A stretch of 63,712 nt of DNA, filler included, from Reclinomonas americana ATCC 50394 (lineage: Eukaryota): the NCBI GenBank assembly GCA_048213135.1. It is 31 parts of 31 records of this genome, joined end to end, with 100 filler letters (N's around TTAATTAATTAA, not from the genome) between each part and the next. Parts side by side here need not be neighbours in the genome. Positions count along the whole stretch, not along the records: positions 11,626 to 14,186 come from AFZH01024611.1; positions 14,287 to 16,289 come from AFZH01024612.1; positions 16,390 to 17,941 come from AFZH01024613.1; positions 18,042 to 20,375 come from AFZH01024614.1; positions 20,476 to 22,222 come from AFZH01024615.1; positions 22,323 to 26,400 come from AFZH01024616.1; 25 more parts are not named here. The stretch is one strand, 5' to 3'. How positions within the stretch are numbered: position 1 is the first letter of the stretch; every line of letters starts with the position of its first letter. The position numbers and the translations under genes are program-made. Positions 11,526-22,511 of the stretch are shown here, one piece after another. The notes below the pieces were generated by a model. It ran no database searches, was not told the origin of the DNA, and saw only the letters and a list, made by a program, of their open reading frames with translations.

Positions 11526-11879
11526 NNNNNNNNNNNNNNNNNNNNNNNNNNNNNNNNNNNNNNNNNNNNTTAATTAATTAANNNNNNNNNNNNNNNNNNN
11601 NNNNNNNNNNNNNNNNNNNNNNNNNAATCACAGGCGGGGAAAGAAGTTTAGGGAGAGAGAGATACGGCACGAGATGGATAGGGAGGGAGGGAGCGTGAAG
11701 AAAAGCCTCCTTTTCTCTGTGCTTTTGTGATCACTCGAGTGCGTGTCCATGTTTCTCTCTCTAAATATATCGCTTGAGCCTGTTGCACTTTTACTGCTGG
11801 TGTACTCTTTGTGCCGTTCCTGTGTCAACTCTCGTACTCTCTCCCCTCCATGTGTGCTGAAAAGACAAATGACTGGCAG

Positions 11880-14148
11880 GTTCCATATCGGCTTGTCTTT
11901 GCACTAGTGGCCTCCACACGACCGTGGCAGCTGTGCGTGCGGTTTACGCACGACATTACTGTCAGCACCGGCGTATATCCGTGGTATCCTTTCAGTTACG
12001 CCAACAACAATCGACTGTACCTGTCGTACGTGTCGCTGCGAGTGGTCGATGCTGTCTCGTTGGCAAACACTGGCCTGCCCGGTTCGTGACTCTCCTCGGT
12101 CAACACCATTGCTGAGAGCTTCTGATCTTTTGCCACTTGCAGTGGTCTACTACGGCCAGCGACAGCAGTTCGACTTTGTGTGCGAGAACCCCACGGCGAC
12201 CTCTGGCCGATTCGCGATTACCACCGACCTGCAGCAGGTGCCGGCTCCAGAGGCGGTGACGTCGGTGTGCGACGAGCACACAGAGAATGTGTTTGTGTGG
12301 AGTGTGCCGGAGTACCGGGCGTTTGATCGTACCTTTGATCCGCCGTCGCTGGCCGCCGCCGTGCGACCGGTGACGATTGGTGTGCGAATGAGTGACAATT
12401 CGACAGCGCTGGTGGAGGCTGCGCTGGTGGAGCGCTCTATCGAGGTCACGTATCCGCCGCCCGGCTCTACGCTGACGCGAGTGGATTCTTACGATATCAA
12501 GTGGATATGCAACTGGCCGCTGGTGACGCGCGTGTCAATCAAGCTCGTGTACACGGGGGAACAGGAGCACGAGTTCTCGCTTGTCGGTGAGTAGAAGGGG
12601 GAGATGGTGACGGAAAGGAGAGTGCGTTGACTGACATTCACGGATGTGTGTGTGCAGATGACTATGCCAGTGTGTGCGATGGTGTGACGGTGAACACGGT
12701 GTCGTCGCCGGTGATGATCACTGATGATGCGGTGGCGGGCAAGAATACGTATCGCATGGTGGTGGCCGATTATCCCAATGGTCGGCTTGCGGGCGCGGGG
12801 ATCTACAGTGTGGATGGTGAGGGGGAGGTGGAGAGGGAGAGAGGGGGAGGGAGGAGGGAGAAGGGAGGTGGAGAGGAAGAGAGGGAGAGGAGAAGGGAGG
12901 TGGAGAGGGAGAAGGGAGAGGGCGAGGGAGAGGAAGAAAGTGAAGGGAGAGGAGGAAAGAGAAGGGAGAAGGAGAAGGGGATATTCGTACTGAGGGAGGT
13001 GCAAACAGATAAAGAGAAGAGAAAGAGAAACGTGGAGGAAGAGTGATAGATCTGTGGGGTGAGAGTGAGCACGCCAGTGGTGTGAGCACCTCCAAGGCAA
13101 TGTGGACTTCTTTGTGTGAGTGATGATATGTTGGCACTGAACTCGTATCTCTTACATTGCTCTCTGCAGTTCCGCGCATCTCTGTGACCACGCCGGTGTA
13201 CGGCTCGGTGGCTCTGACAAATGACACTCTTCCTATCTCGTTTTCGTGCACTCGTCAAAACATGACTGACGCCACCATTGTAGTCCTCGGTGAGTAGGAC
13301 ATCAGGGCCAGCAGGAATACAGTGCAGCTTCCTCATCGCTTGCTAATGTGCACAGATTCTTTGTGGAGCCTGGATTCCTTTGGTACCATTCACAGTATTC
13401 TGTTGGCAGGCACAACAAGCAGTGGTGCGTCTGCATCGGAGCGTGCATTCATTCGCGGTGGTGCGGGTCCGTATCGTCTCGACGAGAATGATCCGCGCAT
13501 TCTTTACTACTCGGTCGTGCATTCTGCGTGTGGACCACTTGGCACACCGAACGTTGTTTCGTGGGTACCAGACTTTCCACAGTTACGCCTTTGTCACGAA
13601 CCGACCTCGCCGCATCTCGTCACTTAATTTAACGCTTCTCTCTGTCACTCACATAGACAAGAGCCGACCACCAGCACTCGCGCTGCCGACCAACCACTGA
13701 GATTGAGATCGCAGCCCATTACGCAAGACTCGTGGCTGCGCGCGTGGATCATCGACGTCAACAACCCCACGGCGCAGATCATTGGCGGCTCCGACGTGTT
13801 CCGCGTGGTGGCACCGTCGAGCCCGGAGGCTTCGTTGGCTGGCTCGCTGGTGTCGGTGCCCGTGGACGTTGGCGGTGACCCTGCGCTTGATCCGCCTGCC
13901 GCCACTGGTGGCAGCTCGAGTTCTCCATCAATGTCAGCGACCATGCCTTCGGCAGGCACCGATTCGGTGACAACGACGACGACGGCAGTGAGTTGCTCCG
14001 GATTCATGTGCTGGTGGTGGCCTTTCTCCGTTGCCGCTGTGGTACTTGTTGGTATCTTGGTTCTGTGGTTTGTATGCTGCTCGTCTCGCAAGCTACGCAA
14101 GACAACAGAGGAGGACGAGTTGGTGAACAAAGAGCTTGTCGCTGCCGG
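11880..14148 (+). CDS. Eukaryotic multi-exon type I membrane protein, C-terminal part
   Basis: WQLCVRF repeat end, further exons, a Ser/Thr/Pro stalk, then TM WWWPFSVAAVVLVGILVLWFVCC followed by SSRKLRK. Exon boundaries approximate. Confidence 0.65.
12820..13045. repeat. Polypurine (GA-rich) low-complexity intronic tract
   Basis: Almost pure G/A; similar tracts at 15020-15090, 22323-22490 and 25460-25560. Confidence 0.85.
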
Positions 14149-14380
14149 TGAGTTTGCTTGTGGTGGCTCTCTCTCTCTCTCTCTCTNNNNNNNNNNNNNN
14201 NNNNNNNNNNNNNNNNNNNNNNNNNNNNNNTTAATTAATTAANNNNNNNNNNNNNNNNNNNNNNNNNNNNNNNNNNNNNNNNNNNNAGGAACAGGCTGTA
14301 GCATTGGGAAGTGTTCGAGGCAGCCAATTCTGGGAAGAGATTTTCTGTGTGTATACTCAACCGGGTTCTGTCGCATTGCA

Positions 14381-15542
14381 GCCCGCCGCCCACGTGTACA
14401 AGCCCGTCAAAGAGGTGCATCTGCAGCATGTTGCGCTCGGCCATGACACGGTCCTGGGATTCGGCGTGGGACTGCATGTTGTGCGAGCAGTGGAGGGCGT
14501 GTCGGCGTATGCTGCAGTTGCGCACCCGTCAAAAGAGCTTGCTGCGCGTGTGTGCGTGGACGACGAGTGAGCTTACAGTCGTCGATTCTACTCGTTTGTT
14601 GCAGCCCGTACTCGGCATGCAGGCGTCTCCATCGCTGGTCGTGCTTGATCGCGTGCTCTTTGTCAACTGCGCCAAGACAGTTGAGACTGATCCGACGCTG
14701 AGCGACGCGAATGCAACGTCAGTCGTGTCTGTGGAGCGACGCGGCGGCACCACCGAGAGCACCCTCTTGCTTCCACACGGTGCAGCATACGGAAAGGAAA
14801 TTGCGGCGCAAGTGGACAGCGGCAACGCTGCCGGCTCGTCCATTGCGCAGCTGTGGCGTCGTGCTCTGCGGCGCAATTTGCCGTTTGCTTTCAAGATTGC
14901 TGGTCGCCTTATGTGCGTCATTTTGGCCGTGGCCATGTCGGTGGCCACCGTGACTACCATCACCAAATTCCGCACTCAAGAGGAGGACATGGCGGTGGTG
15001 AGTATTTCATGTGGGCGCGAGAGTGGAAGGAGAAGGAGAGGGAGAGAGAGAAGGAGAGGGAGAGAGAGGAGGGAGAGAAAGGAGAGGGAACTCCTCTCTC
15101 GCTCTCAAAGTCTCAAGCTCGTGCCCGTCTCCTGCTGCCAATCTCTCTCTCTTCTCTGCAAGCGAAAGACAAGGGGATAGAGCGAGAGAAGCAATGCGAC
15201 TGACTCACTGCCGTGCCCTTCTATCCGTAGACCACGTCGTCTCTGATGAGCGACGTGCTTCATGCACTGGTGCTCGAGCCGGTGTGGTTGATATTGTTGC
15301 AAGTGGCGGCGTGGATGTTGTGGAAGTGGAGATCGTGGCAGCGTCAGAAGAAGCAGCAGGACAGTCAGACACAGCCGCAAGGACTGGAGCCGACACAAAC
15401 TGAGCAGATGCAACCTGCTGCAGCTGGGGAGGAGCAGGAAGCAGCCGCACGCAGGCAACAAATACAAGAGCAGCATGAACAGGAGAGGCTGCAGCGGCGT
15501 CAGCAGGCGCTCGAACGGTTCCGCACAGGTGTCGTTGCGTGA
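14381..15542 (+). CDS. Eukaryotic hypothetical membrane protein, 3' exons
   Basis: Spliceable ORFs with two hydrophobic segments (LMCVILAVAMSVATV; VLEPVWLILLQVAAWMLW) and a Gln/Glu-rich tail ending RTGVVA*. Confidence 0.5.
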
Positions 15543-15875
15543 ATGAAGGAGAAGGACAAGCTGTGAGCGGGGGAGAAAGGGGGAGGGAGAAAGAGCACAG
15601 CAGGAAATGGAGGCAGGTGGGGAAGAGAACAGAGGCTGCAAAACAATTTAATGGGCGAGAAACATCAGGTGAAGAACGAGAGGCTACCGAGTAACAGGCT
15701 GGGAAAAATAGAAACCAACGGACGAAGTCGACAACACATGGGCGAGAAAGGATTGACCGCGGCAAACCCACAGGCAACAGGTCAGTAAAGAGATCGAAAA
15801 AAAGCAAGAGCGAGAGAGGCCTATCGCACTCTCTCTAATACAGAAAAATCCAGCGAGGCAGTTGCCATTTTCTTC

Positions 15876-16289
15876 TCACCAACAATGGCTGGGATTAGCG
15901 AGACACCGGTGCATCACAACCTCGGCGTCCTCGACGATGAAGCAGCGCAGCACCAACTCTGGCAGGCACCGCGAATCCAATGCCTCCTCTGTGCTCTCCT
16001 GCATCCGCTGGACAACCTGCATGGCCGAGTGCGCGGTGGCGAGCTCGGAGTGAGCAAGGCCGCTTGGCGTCGGCCACACTCGTATCGTATTGTCGAGGCC
16101 ACCGGCACTCACAATGTGCCGACCGTCGGGGGTGATGGCGACGGACCACACCCAATGCGTGTGCCCATCCATCCGTCGCACTTGCTCTCCACTCGCCAAC
16201 GACCACACTCGCACAGTCTTGTCCTCACTCCCACTCACAGCGTGTTGCCCGTCGGGAGTGACGGCGACACACAAGACAACGGCAGTGTG
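15876..16289 (-). CDS. WD40-repeat protein with conserved C-terminal tail (5' truncated; paralog of 50477-51662)
   Basis: VAVTPDGQHAVSGSEDKTVRVW repeats; tail TPSGLAHSELATAHSAM...DSRCLPELVLRCFIVEDAEVV. Confidence 0.92.
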   Translation of the reverse strand, partial: HTAVVLCVAVTPDGQHAVSGSEDKTVRVWSLASGEQVRRMDGHTHWVWSVAITPDGRHIVSAGGLDNTIRVWPTPSGLAHSELATAHSAMQVVQRMQESTEEALDSRCLPELVLRCFIVEDAEVVMHRCLANPSHCW

Positions 16290-17660
16290 NNNNNNNNNNN
16301 NNNNNNNNNNNNNNNNNNNNNNNNNNNNNNNNNTTAATTAATTAANNNNNNNNNNNNNNNNNNNNNNNNNNNNNNNNNNNNNNNNNNNNCCACGTACCTG
16401 TCACTGTGTTGCTCTCTTGCATGCACAAGGTGGAGGTGGAGCATTAGGTTGCTGTGGCACCTGACTCAGCATGCAGAACCTGTTGTGGACCAGTCTCTGT
16501 GTGGTCACCACTGGGCCGGTGTTCGAGAGAGTCTGTGATGGATGTGACCCTGCTGCCATTCGGCGATGCCCGTTGCTGCTGTGGAGACTGTCAGTGGGCG
16601 CACGCCTCACAATCATTAGAGATATCCTGGTCACACGCGTCTGGACGCGTACGTCTGGGTTGTCTCCGCTCAGCGAACCTGAAGCCGGTTGCATTACTGG
16701 TTGCTGGCCGCTGTACTATCTTGCAGGCATGCTGGCCAGCGCTGTGGACGGAGAGTAGTCTGTGGAAGCATCAGTTGCTTGTGTTCCTCTCGGCAGTTGA
16801 AGTGCTACTGTGCTCCCTCGTTTCGATGACATGGACATGGATTGATGTTGATGTCGGCAGCGTCGCGGAGACAGTGCTGGTGCTGGGGCCAACGTTGTTG
16901 GCAAGCGTGCTGTTGGCAAGCATCTCCTTTTGTGCCGGGTTGTCTGAGACAGAATTTCGTGCGTCGTCTGTTGCCGTGTTGCCGGGTTCTGAAATCCCTT
17001 CTGTCTCGCACTGGTTCAGCCTCCGTACCACGTGAGGGTGAGAGATCCCGCAAGGATGCAACCAGTGCATACGGCAGCGAACGTTACGCCAATAATGGTG
17101 ACCAACTGAACGATCACCACTTGTGAACGTGTACACGCGGTGCATGTATTGACTGGTCGTGTTCGCGTATTGCAGTCGTGTGTTGCTGCTCTTCGAGTTG
17201 CGGGGAGTTTGTTGCAGTTGCGGCCAGTGTGCATGCGCGCGAGTAGTCGAATTTGGCGTGTTTATGCTGCAGTGGGGGACGCCGGATTTCGTTCTTGCAA
17301 AATTCTTTCTTCTGGCGGAAGGTGAGCAAGTACCACCCCCCCGTGTCGTTTCATCCAGTCACCCACTCACTTGTGCGTCTCCCTCGCCTTTATATACTGT
17401 TCAGCCACAGGTGGCCGTCGCCTGGCTTTGCTACACGCACAAGCCACATGTTCTTGTCCGATGCCGTGAATCGGTGTGCACATGGAGGTGAGCGAAGTGT
17501 GGTCGCACGGCATGCCTCGCGCGCTTGTTGCACCGCTCCTCATCATTCCTTCTCTTCGTCTCGCTCACTCACAGCAGTTGGCGGCAACTGCCCGGCAGTT
17601 GGTGGTGGCTGTGGACGCCGGCGGCGGAGATGGCGCGCCCCCGCCCTGCCCTCGGCAGCC

Positions 17661-17726
17661 ATGCTGACGTTGCTGGTGATCTGGATGGGCCTCGTTGCCG
17701 TTGTGATGGCCGCCTCGGAAAACGTG
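17661..17726 (+). CDS. First exon (signal peptide) of a eukaryotic secreted protein
   Basis: gcagccATG, MLTLLVIWMGLVAVVMAASENV, then donor GTGCGC. Confidence 0.5.
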
Positions 17727-18041
17727 GTGCGCACGTGTGTTTGCAGTTGATGTGCTGCAACGCATGTTGACACTAGTACTCTCGTGCCTTTGCCAGAAGG
17801 AGGAAGGAGCCGGTGTGGAGTTCGTGACTGCTCACGCAGCGCCCGTTTATGTGGATGGAGCGGTGAGGCAAACTTGCTTCAGTTAATTACTGTTCTTGTG
17901 AATGTCGGCCTCCCGCACTCACGAGTGCGTCGCAATGTGCANNNNNNNNNNNNNNNNNNNNNNNNNNNNNNNNNNNNNNNNNNNNTTAATTAATTAANNN
18001 NNNNNNNNNNNNNNNNNNNNNNNNNNNNNNNNNNNNNNNNN

Positions 18042-20375
18042 CGACAAATAAACACACTCTGTCGCTCTCACACACACCTGCAGTGATGACACTCGCTCCC
18101 GCCTGATACACTATCGGATCCGGAGGGAACTGCACACACACGCTGTACGGTCCCACCGCAAGCAGGTCGTTCACCGACGCCGCTTTCGCCACCAGTTGTC
18201 GTGCTCCAGCAATGCCCGTCTCGGCCGTGCTCTGCAGCGGCACAGGTGTCGCCACTCCAGCACACGTTGAGCCAGCGACAAGAGTCACCACGTTCGGTGT
18301 TGCCAGTCCACGCCCGAGCACCGTCAGCGCAGCGCCCGCTTCCTCGGCATTGATCAGATTCGGCTGGAACCCTTCTGCCGTCGGATCTGTGCACCAAAAC
18401 TCGTCAAAACCAATCCACGCACAACCTGCAATCATCAGCATCATCCTCGTCGCCACTCACATGCTGTCAACTGCGTCGCCGAGATCTGCGAGAAGCTGCC
18501 AGCGCCACCATACTGAATGCTGCACCATGTCTCCACACAGTAAGCAACGTGTCGCCGCAAATCATCGTCGCTCAACAGACCACCCTCCATCTTTTCCTCT
18601 CATTCACCCCACTCACCACACCGCATACGCATTCACTGGAACCCACGCGTCAGTCGGCACCGTAATCACCGTCGTACGTGCTCCAGCCATGCCGCCCATC
18701 ACCAGTGCCGTCGCAGGGAACGACGCAAGCGCTCCCGCACCACCAGCCCCCGGTGTGCACGAAACACCAGCCTCCAGTCGCACAACATCCGACGCCCGCA
18801 ATGCAAGGCCACTCAAGGTGAACTTGTCGCCGCCAGCCTCGGCCCGGATGCGCGCCGGCGAAAACGCCGTTCCAAGCGCCACTGCACACTTCACAGTGAG
18901 TCCACCGCACCATATCTCTTCCCCCGCCTTCTCTCTCTCTCTCTCTCTCCCTCTCACGCACCTCCGACAATCTCCGTGCTCCCGACCTTGACAAACACAC
19001 CCGGCTGCGCCAGATACTCCACGCACACACTGAACGTGTCCGGAGGAGTCGCCTGCAACAGCAGACCCACCCCGCCAATCACACCCACAATCTGTGTGCG
19101 CGCCACATTCGACGACAGCGTCGCCACTTGAAGACCGCCACTCGTCATCGTCGCACAGCTCGTTCCGGTCTCCAGTCGCATTCGCGTCACCGTCCGCGAA
19201 ATGTCAAGAGCAACGCCGCTCACCGTCACCGACGCCGTCGGAACCTCCGCTGAAATAGACACCGGTCCAAATCCTTGCGTCGACGCTGCGTGAAGAAGAA
19301 CAGACCAACCGTGTCAGTCCACACGCACAAAATGACCTCCGTCACAATGGCAACACAATTCTCCGCCGCACGCAACGAACAAACACGTTGCCCGGCACCT
19401 TGAAGTACGTCCCCAGTGCCGAGAACCGAATGCACAGGCTGTACTCAGCACTCGGCAGTCCGCCACCACCCACGCTGATCGTCAGCGTCGTCGCACCACC
19501 GCCAAGTGTCGATGTGCCACTGGCATTCACGGTTCCCATCACACCACCCCCGCTGCCGCTGCACAGTGTCCCCGGCTCAAATCGCACCTGGCTCGCTGCA
19601 TCAATGTACACGCCAGTGATCGTGAACTGCGCACTGGCCGTCGTCGCCAGCACCGTCTCAGGCGTGAACGAAGTTGCATTGGCTGATCACACACACACAA
19701 CGGAGTCAGCATCAACTCAGCACCACTCCATAATTTCGACGCCCACTCACCGATATTCAGCGGCAAGGCATCCTGGTACGGGTCCGACGGCGCCCATCGC
19801 ACGCACACACGACGCTGACCAATGCTGCTTGCCCCGTTCGCGTCCACCGTCAGCACAATCGACGCCGCGCTCACAAACTGGATGCTGGTCACCGTGGCCA
19901 CCGACGTCGGCGACCCACTGCACGATGCTGCCACCACAAACGCCCCGCTGTCGGCCGACACATCCACAAAGCCGAGTCCCGAGAGAGTCACAGTGCGTCC
20001 CGCAAGCGGCTCCACAGTGGGCGGTGTCGTGGCACTGAATGACGCTGCATCGGCGAAACACGCTCGTGAGTCATCATCAAGCCACTCCCTTCCTCTCTCT
20101 CTCTCTCTCTTCACCCACTTCCGCCTCGACCACTCAGATTGCACAAACACTCACTCACCAACACTCAGCGGCAACACCGAAATGTACGGCACCGTGCTGC
20201 TCCACCGCACACACAGCTGCCGCGCAGCTCCCGTCGCTCCAGTCGCATCAATCGTCAACGTCATCTGCGTCGTCCCCGCATACCCACTCACAACAACAGA
20301 CGTGTTGGCTGCCACAGTCGGCGCTGTCGTTGTCGGAGTCGAGCAGCTGGCCGCGATAATAATGGCCGACGCATC
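18042..20375 (-). CDS. Eukaryotic giant surface protein, tandem Ig/IPT-like two-Cys repeats (internal fragment)
   Basis: Exons 20375-20159, 20044-19751, 19682-19377, 19285-18962, 18881-~18617 + ~18520-18461 and ~18387-18079; module boundaries at phase-1 GT-AG introns. Confidence 0.85.
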
Positions 20376-20475
20376 NNNNNNNNNNNNNNNNNNNNNNNNN
20401 NNNNNNNNNNNNNNNNNNNTTAATTAATTAANNNNNNNNNNNNNNNNNNNNNNNNNNNNNNNNNNNNNNNNNNNN

Positions 20476-22222
20476 AAAGGCCACACCAAGCGTCGCAGAC
20501 CGCAGGTCCAAGAAGCCCGCCCCATTCAGCGTCACCACCTGGCCTGATCGCGCATTCACAGCCGGCACCGATGTCGTGCTGAATGTACCTGCAGCGCGCG
20601 CACCACAGATCACGTCAGCACCTGTCGTTGCCAAAACGAGACAACCAAGTCACGCAACTGACGTTGATCGGCGACACCAACGAGTACTGCGCGTGCGTCG
20701 CATTGCTCCATCGCGCACACAAGCTGTACACGCCGCCCGCAACACCACTGGCAGTCGACAGCAGACTCATGCTCGTCGACCCGCTGAGGTACGTCCCGCT
20801 TGACACACTAATCACCGCCGCCGACGCCGTCGATCCGCACGATGTCGCAATCACGAACGCCGCTCCATCACCAGACACGTCCACAAACCACGTACCCGTC
20901 ACACTCAGCGGCTGCGATGCCACAGCGCCCACCGCAAGCGGCACAAGCGACCCGAATGACACTGGATGAGAAATGGATCAGTCAACGCACAAGCACAACA
21001 GAAACACACAGCCGCACACAACCAGCACAACTCACCAACATTGATCAGCGTCACAGCAGTCGTCGAGTACAGTGCTGTCGACTGCCACCGCACGCAGATC
21101 TTGTACGATCCCACCGGGATGCTCGTCGCGTCAACGACAAGTGCCACCAGCGACGTACTCGTCCACGTGTGTGTCAAAGTCCCCACGGCAGTCGGCGCCG
21201 CCGTGCTCGGTACCGTGCAGTCTGCCGCGATGAGGTACGCCAGTGCATCTGATCCAGCATTCGCCAGCGCCGTTCCCGACAGCCGCAAACTCCGTCCACT
21301 CAATCGCACCATCGCCGTTGGGTTCACAGACGTCACCTCGGCCACAACAAGTTGTACCGATCCAACCAGTGAAAAGTTGCCGACGTTGCCGAATCGGATG
21401 CACACTGCACAGTATCCGGCACTCACAGCCGCCGTCGTCGCACCCTGCGCTGTCACCGCCAGTTGTCGAGCTCCCGGTCCGCCACTCACCGACCCATTCA
21501 CCATCACCGGGAAGCTGCCGCCACTCGCCGTGCACGTCATCGATCCCACCTCCAGTCGCACAACATCATTCGTCGACAGACCTCGCCCGAGAACCGTAAA
21601 CGCCGCTCCAGCTCCCACTCGATTGATCACACTCGGCGTGAATCCAGACGTCGTCGACACTGGTGTGTGCCACAAAGTCAGCCATCCAACTCATTCTCCT
21701 CCGATTCCCCTTCCCTCTTCCCCCCACAATCAACTCACCTCCAGTAAACTCCGTCGTCCCGACCTTGAAGTACGATCCAGGTGTCGGCGAGTACTGCACG
21801 CACACACTGAACGTGAACGGCGGCGTTCCAGTCGGCAGCAGCAGTCCGTTGCCACCAACTGTCACGGTCAGCTGCGTCAGCGCTCCGTTCGCCACAAATG
21901 TCGCCGCCTGCGTCGACAGCGGATTCGTTCCAGTGCATGCCGTCCCCGGCTCAAACTGCACTCCCACAATCGCCGTCGTCGGAATCAGATCCGCTCCGGT
22001 GATCACCAGAGTCGCCGTCGCATCCTCCGCGAGAATCGATGCAGGACTGAATGTCAGACCGAGTGCTGCACCCACCCACAGCGACATGGTCAGTCACACA
22101 CCACACAACACACAGCACAGCACAGCAGTCAAGGAGGATTACTCACGGACAACCAACGACGTGCTGCCCACTTTGAAGTACGATCCGCTTGCAGAGAACC
22201 GAATGCACACACTGCATCCATG
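20476..22222 (-). CDS. Eukaryotic giant surface protein, tandem Ig/IPT-like repeats (probably upstream part of the 18042-20375 gene)
   Basis: Exons 22222-22147, 22065-21739, 21659-21036 (two modules), 20961-20659 and 20588-<20476; all phase 1. Confidence 0.85.
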
Positions 22223-22511
22223 NNNNNNNNNNNNNNNNNNNNNNNNNNNNNNNNNNNNNNNNNNNNTTAATTAATTAANNNNNNNNNNNNNNNNNNNNNN
22301 NNNNNNNNNNNNNNNNNNNNNNGGGGAAGGGGAAGGGGGACGGGGTAAGGAGAGGAAGGGGGAAGAGGGAAGGGGGAAGGGGGACGGGGTAAGGGGAGGA
22401 AGGGGGAAGGGGGGAAAGGAGTGAGAGGAGAGCGAGAGGGGGGACAGTGAGAAGGGGGAGAGCGAGAGAAGGAGAGAGCGAGAGGGGGGTAGAGCACACA
22501 CGCTGCGCACA

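Noticed and set aside
12489..13336. Long Leu/Ser/Pro or Glu/Arg/Gly ORFs (also 22267-22587 and 25402-26448)
   Set aside because: Translations of GA/CT low-complexity intronic tracts.
16390..17150. Possible minus-strand Ser/Thr-rich gene
   Set aside because: Stops in all frames and no consistent splice model; cannot be supported.
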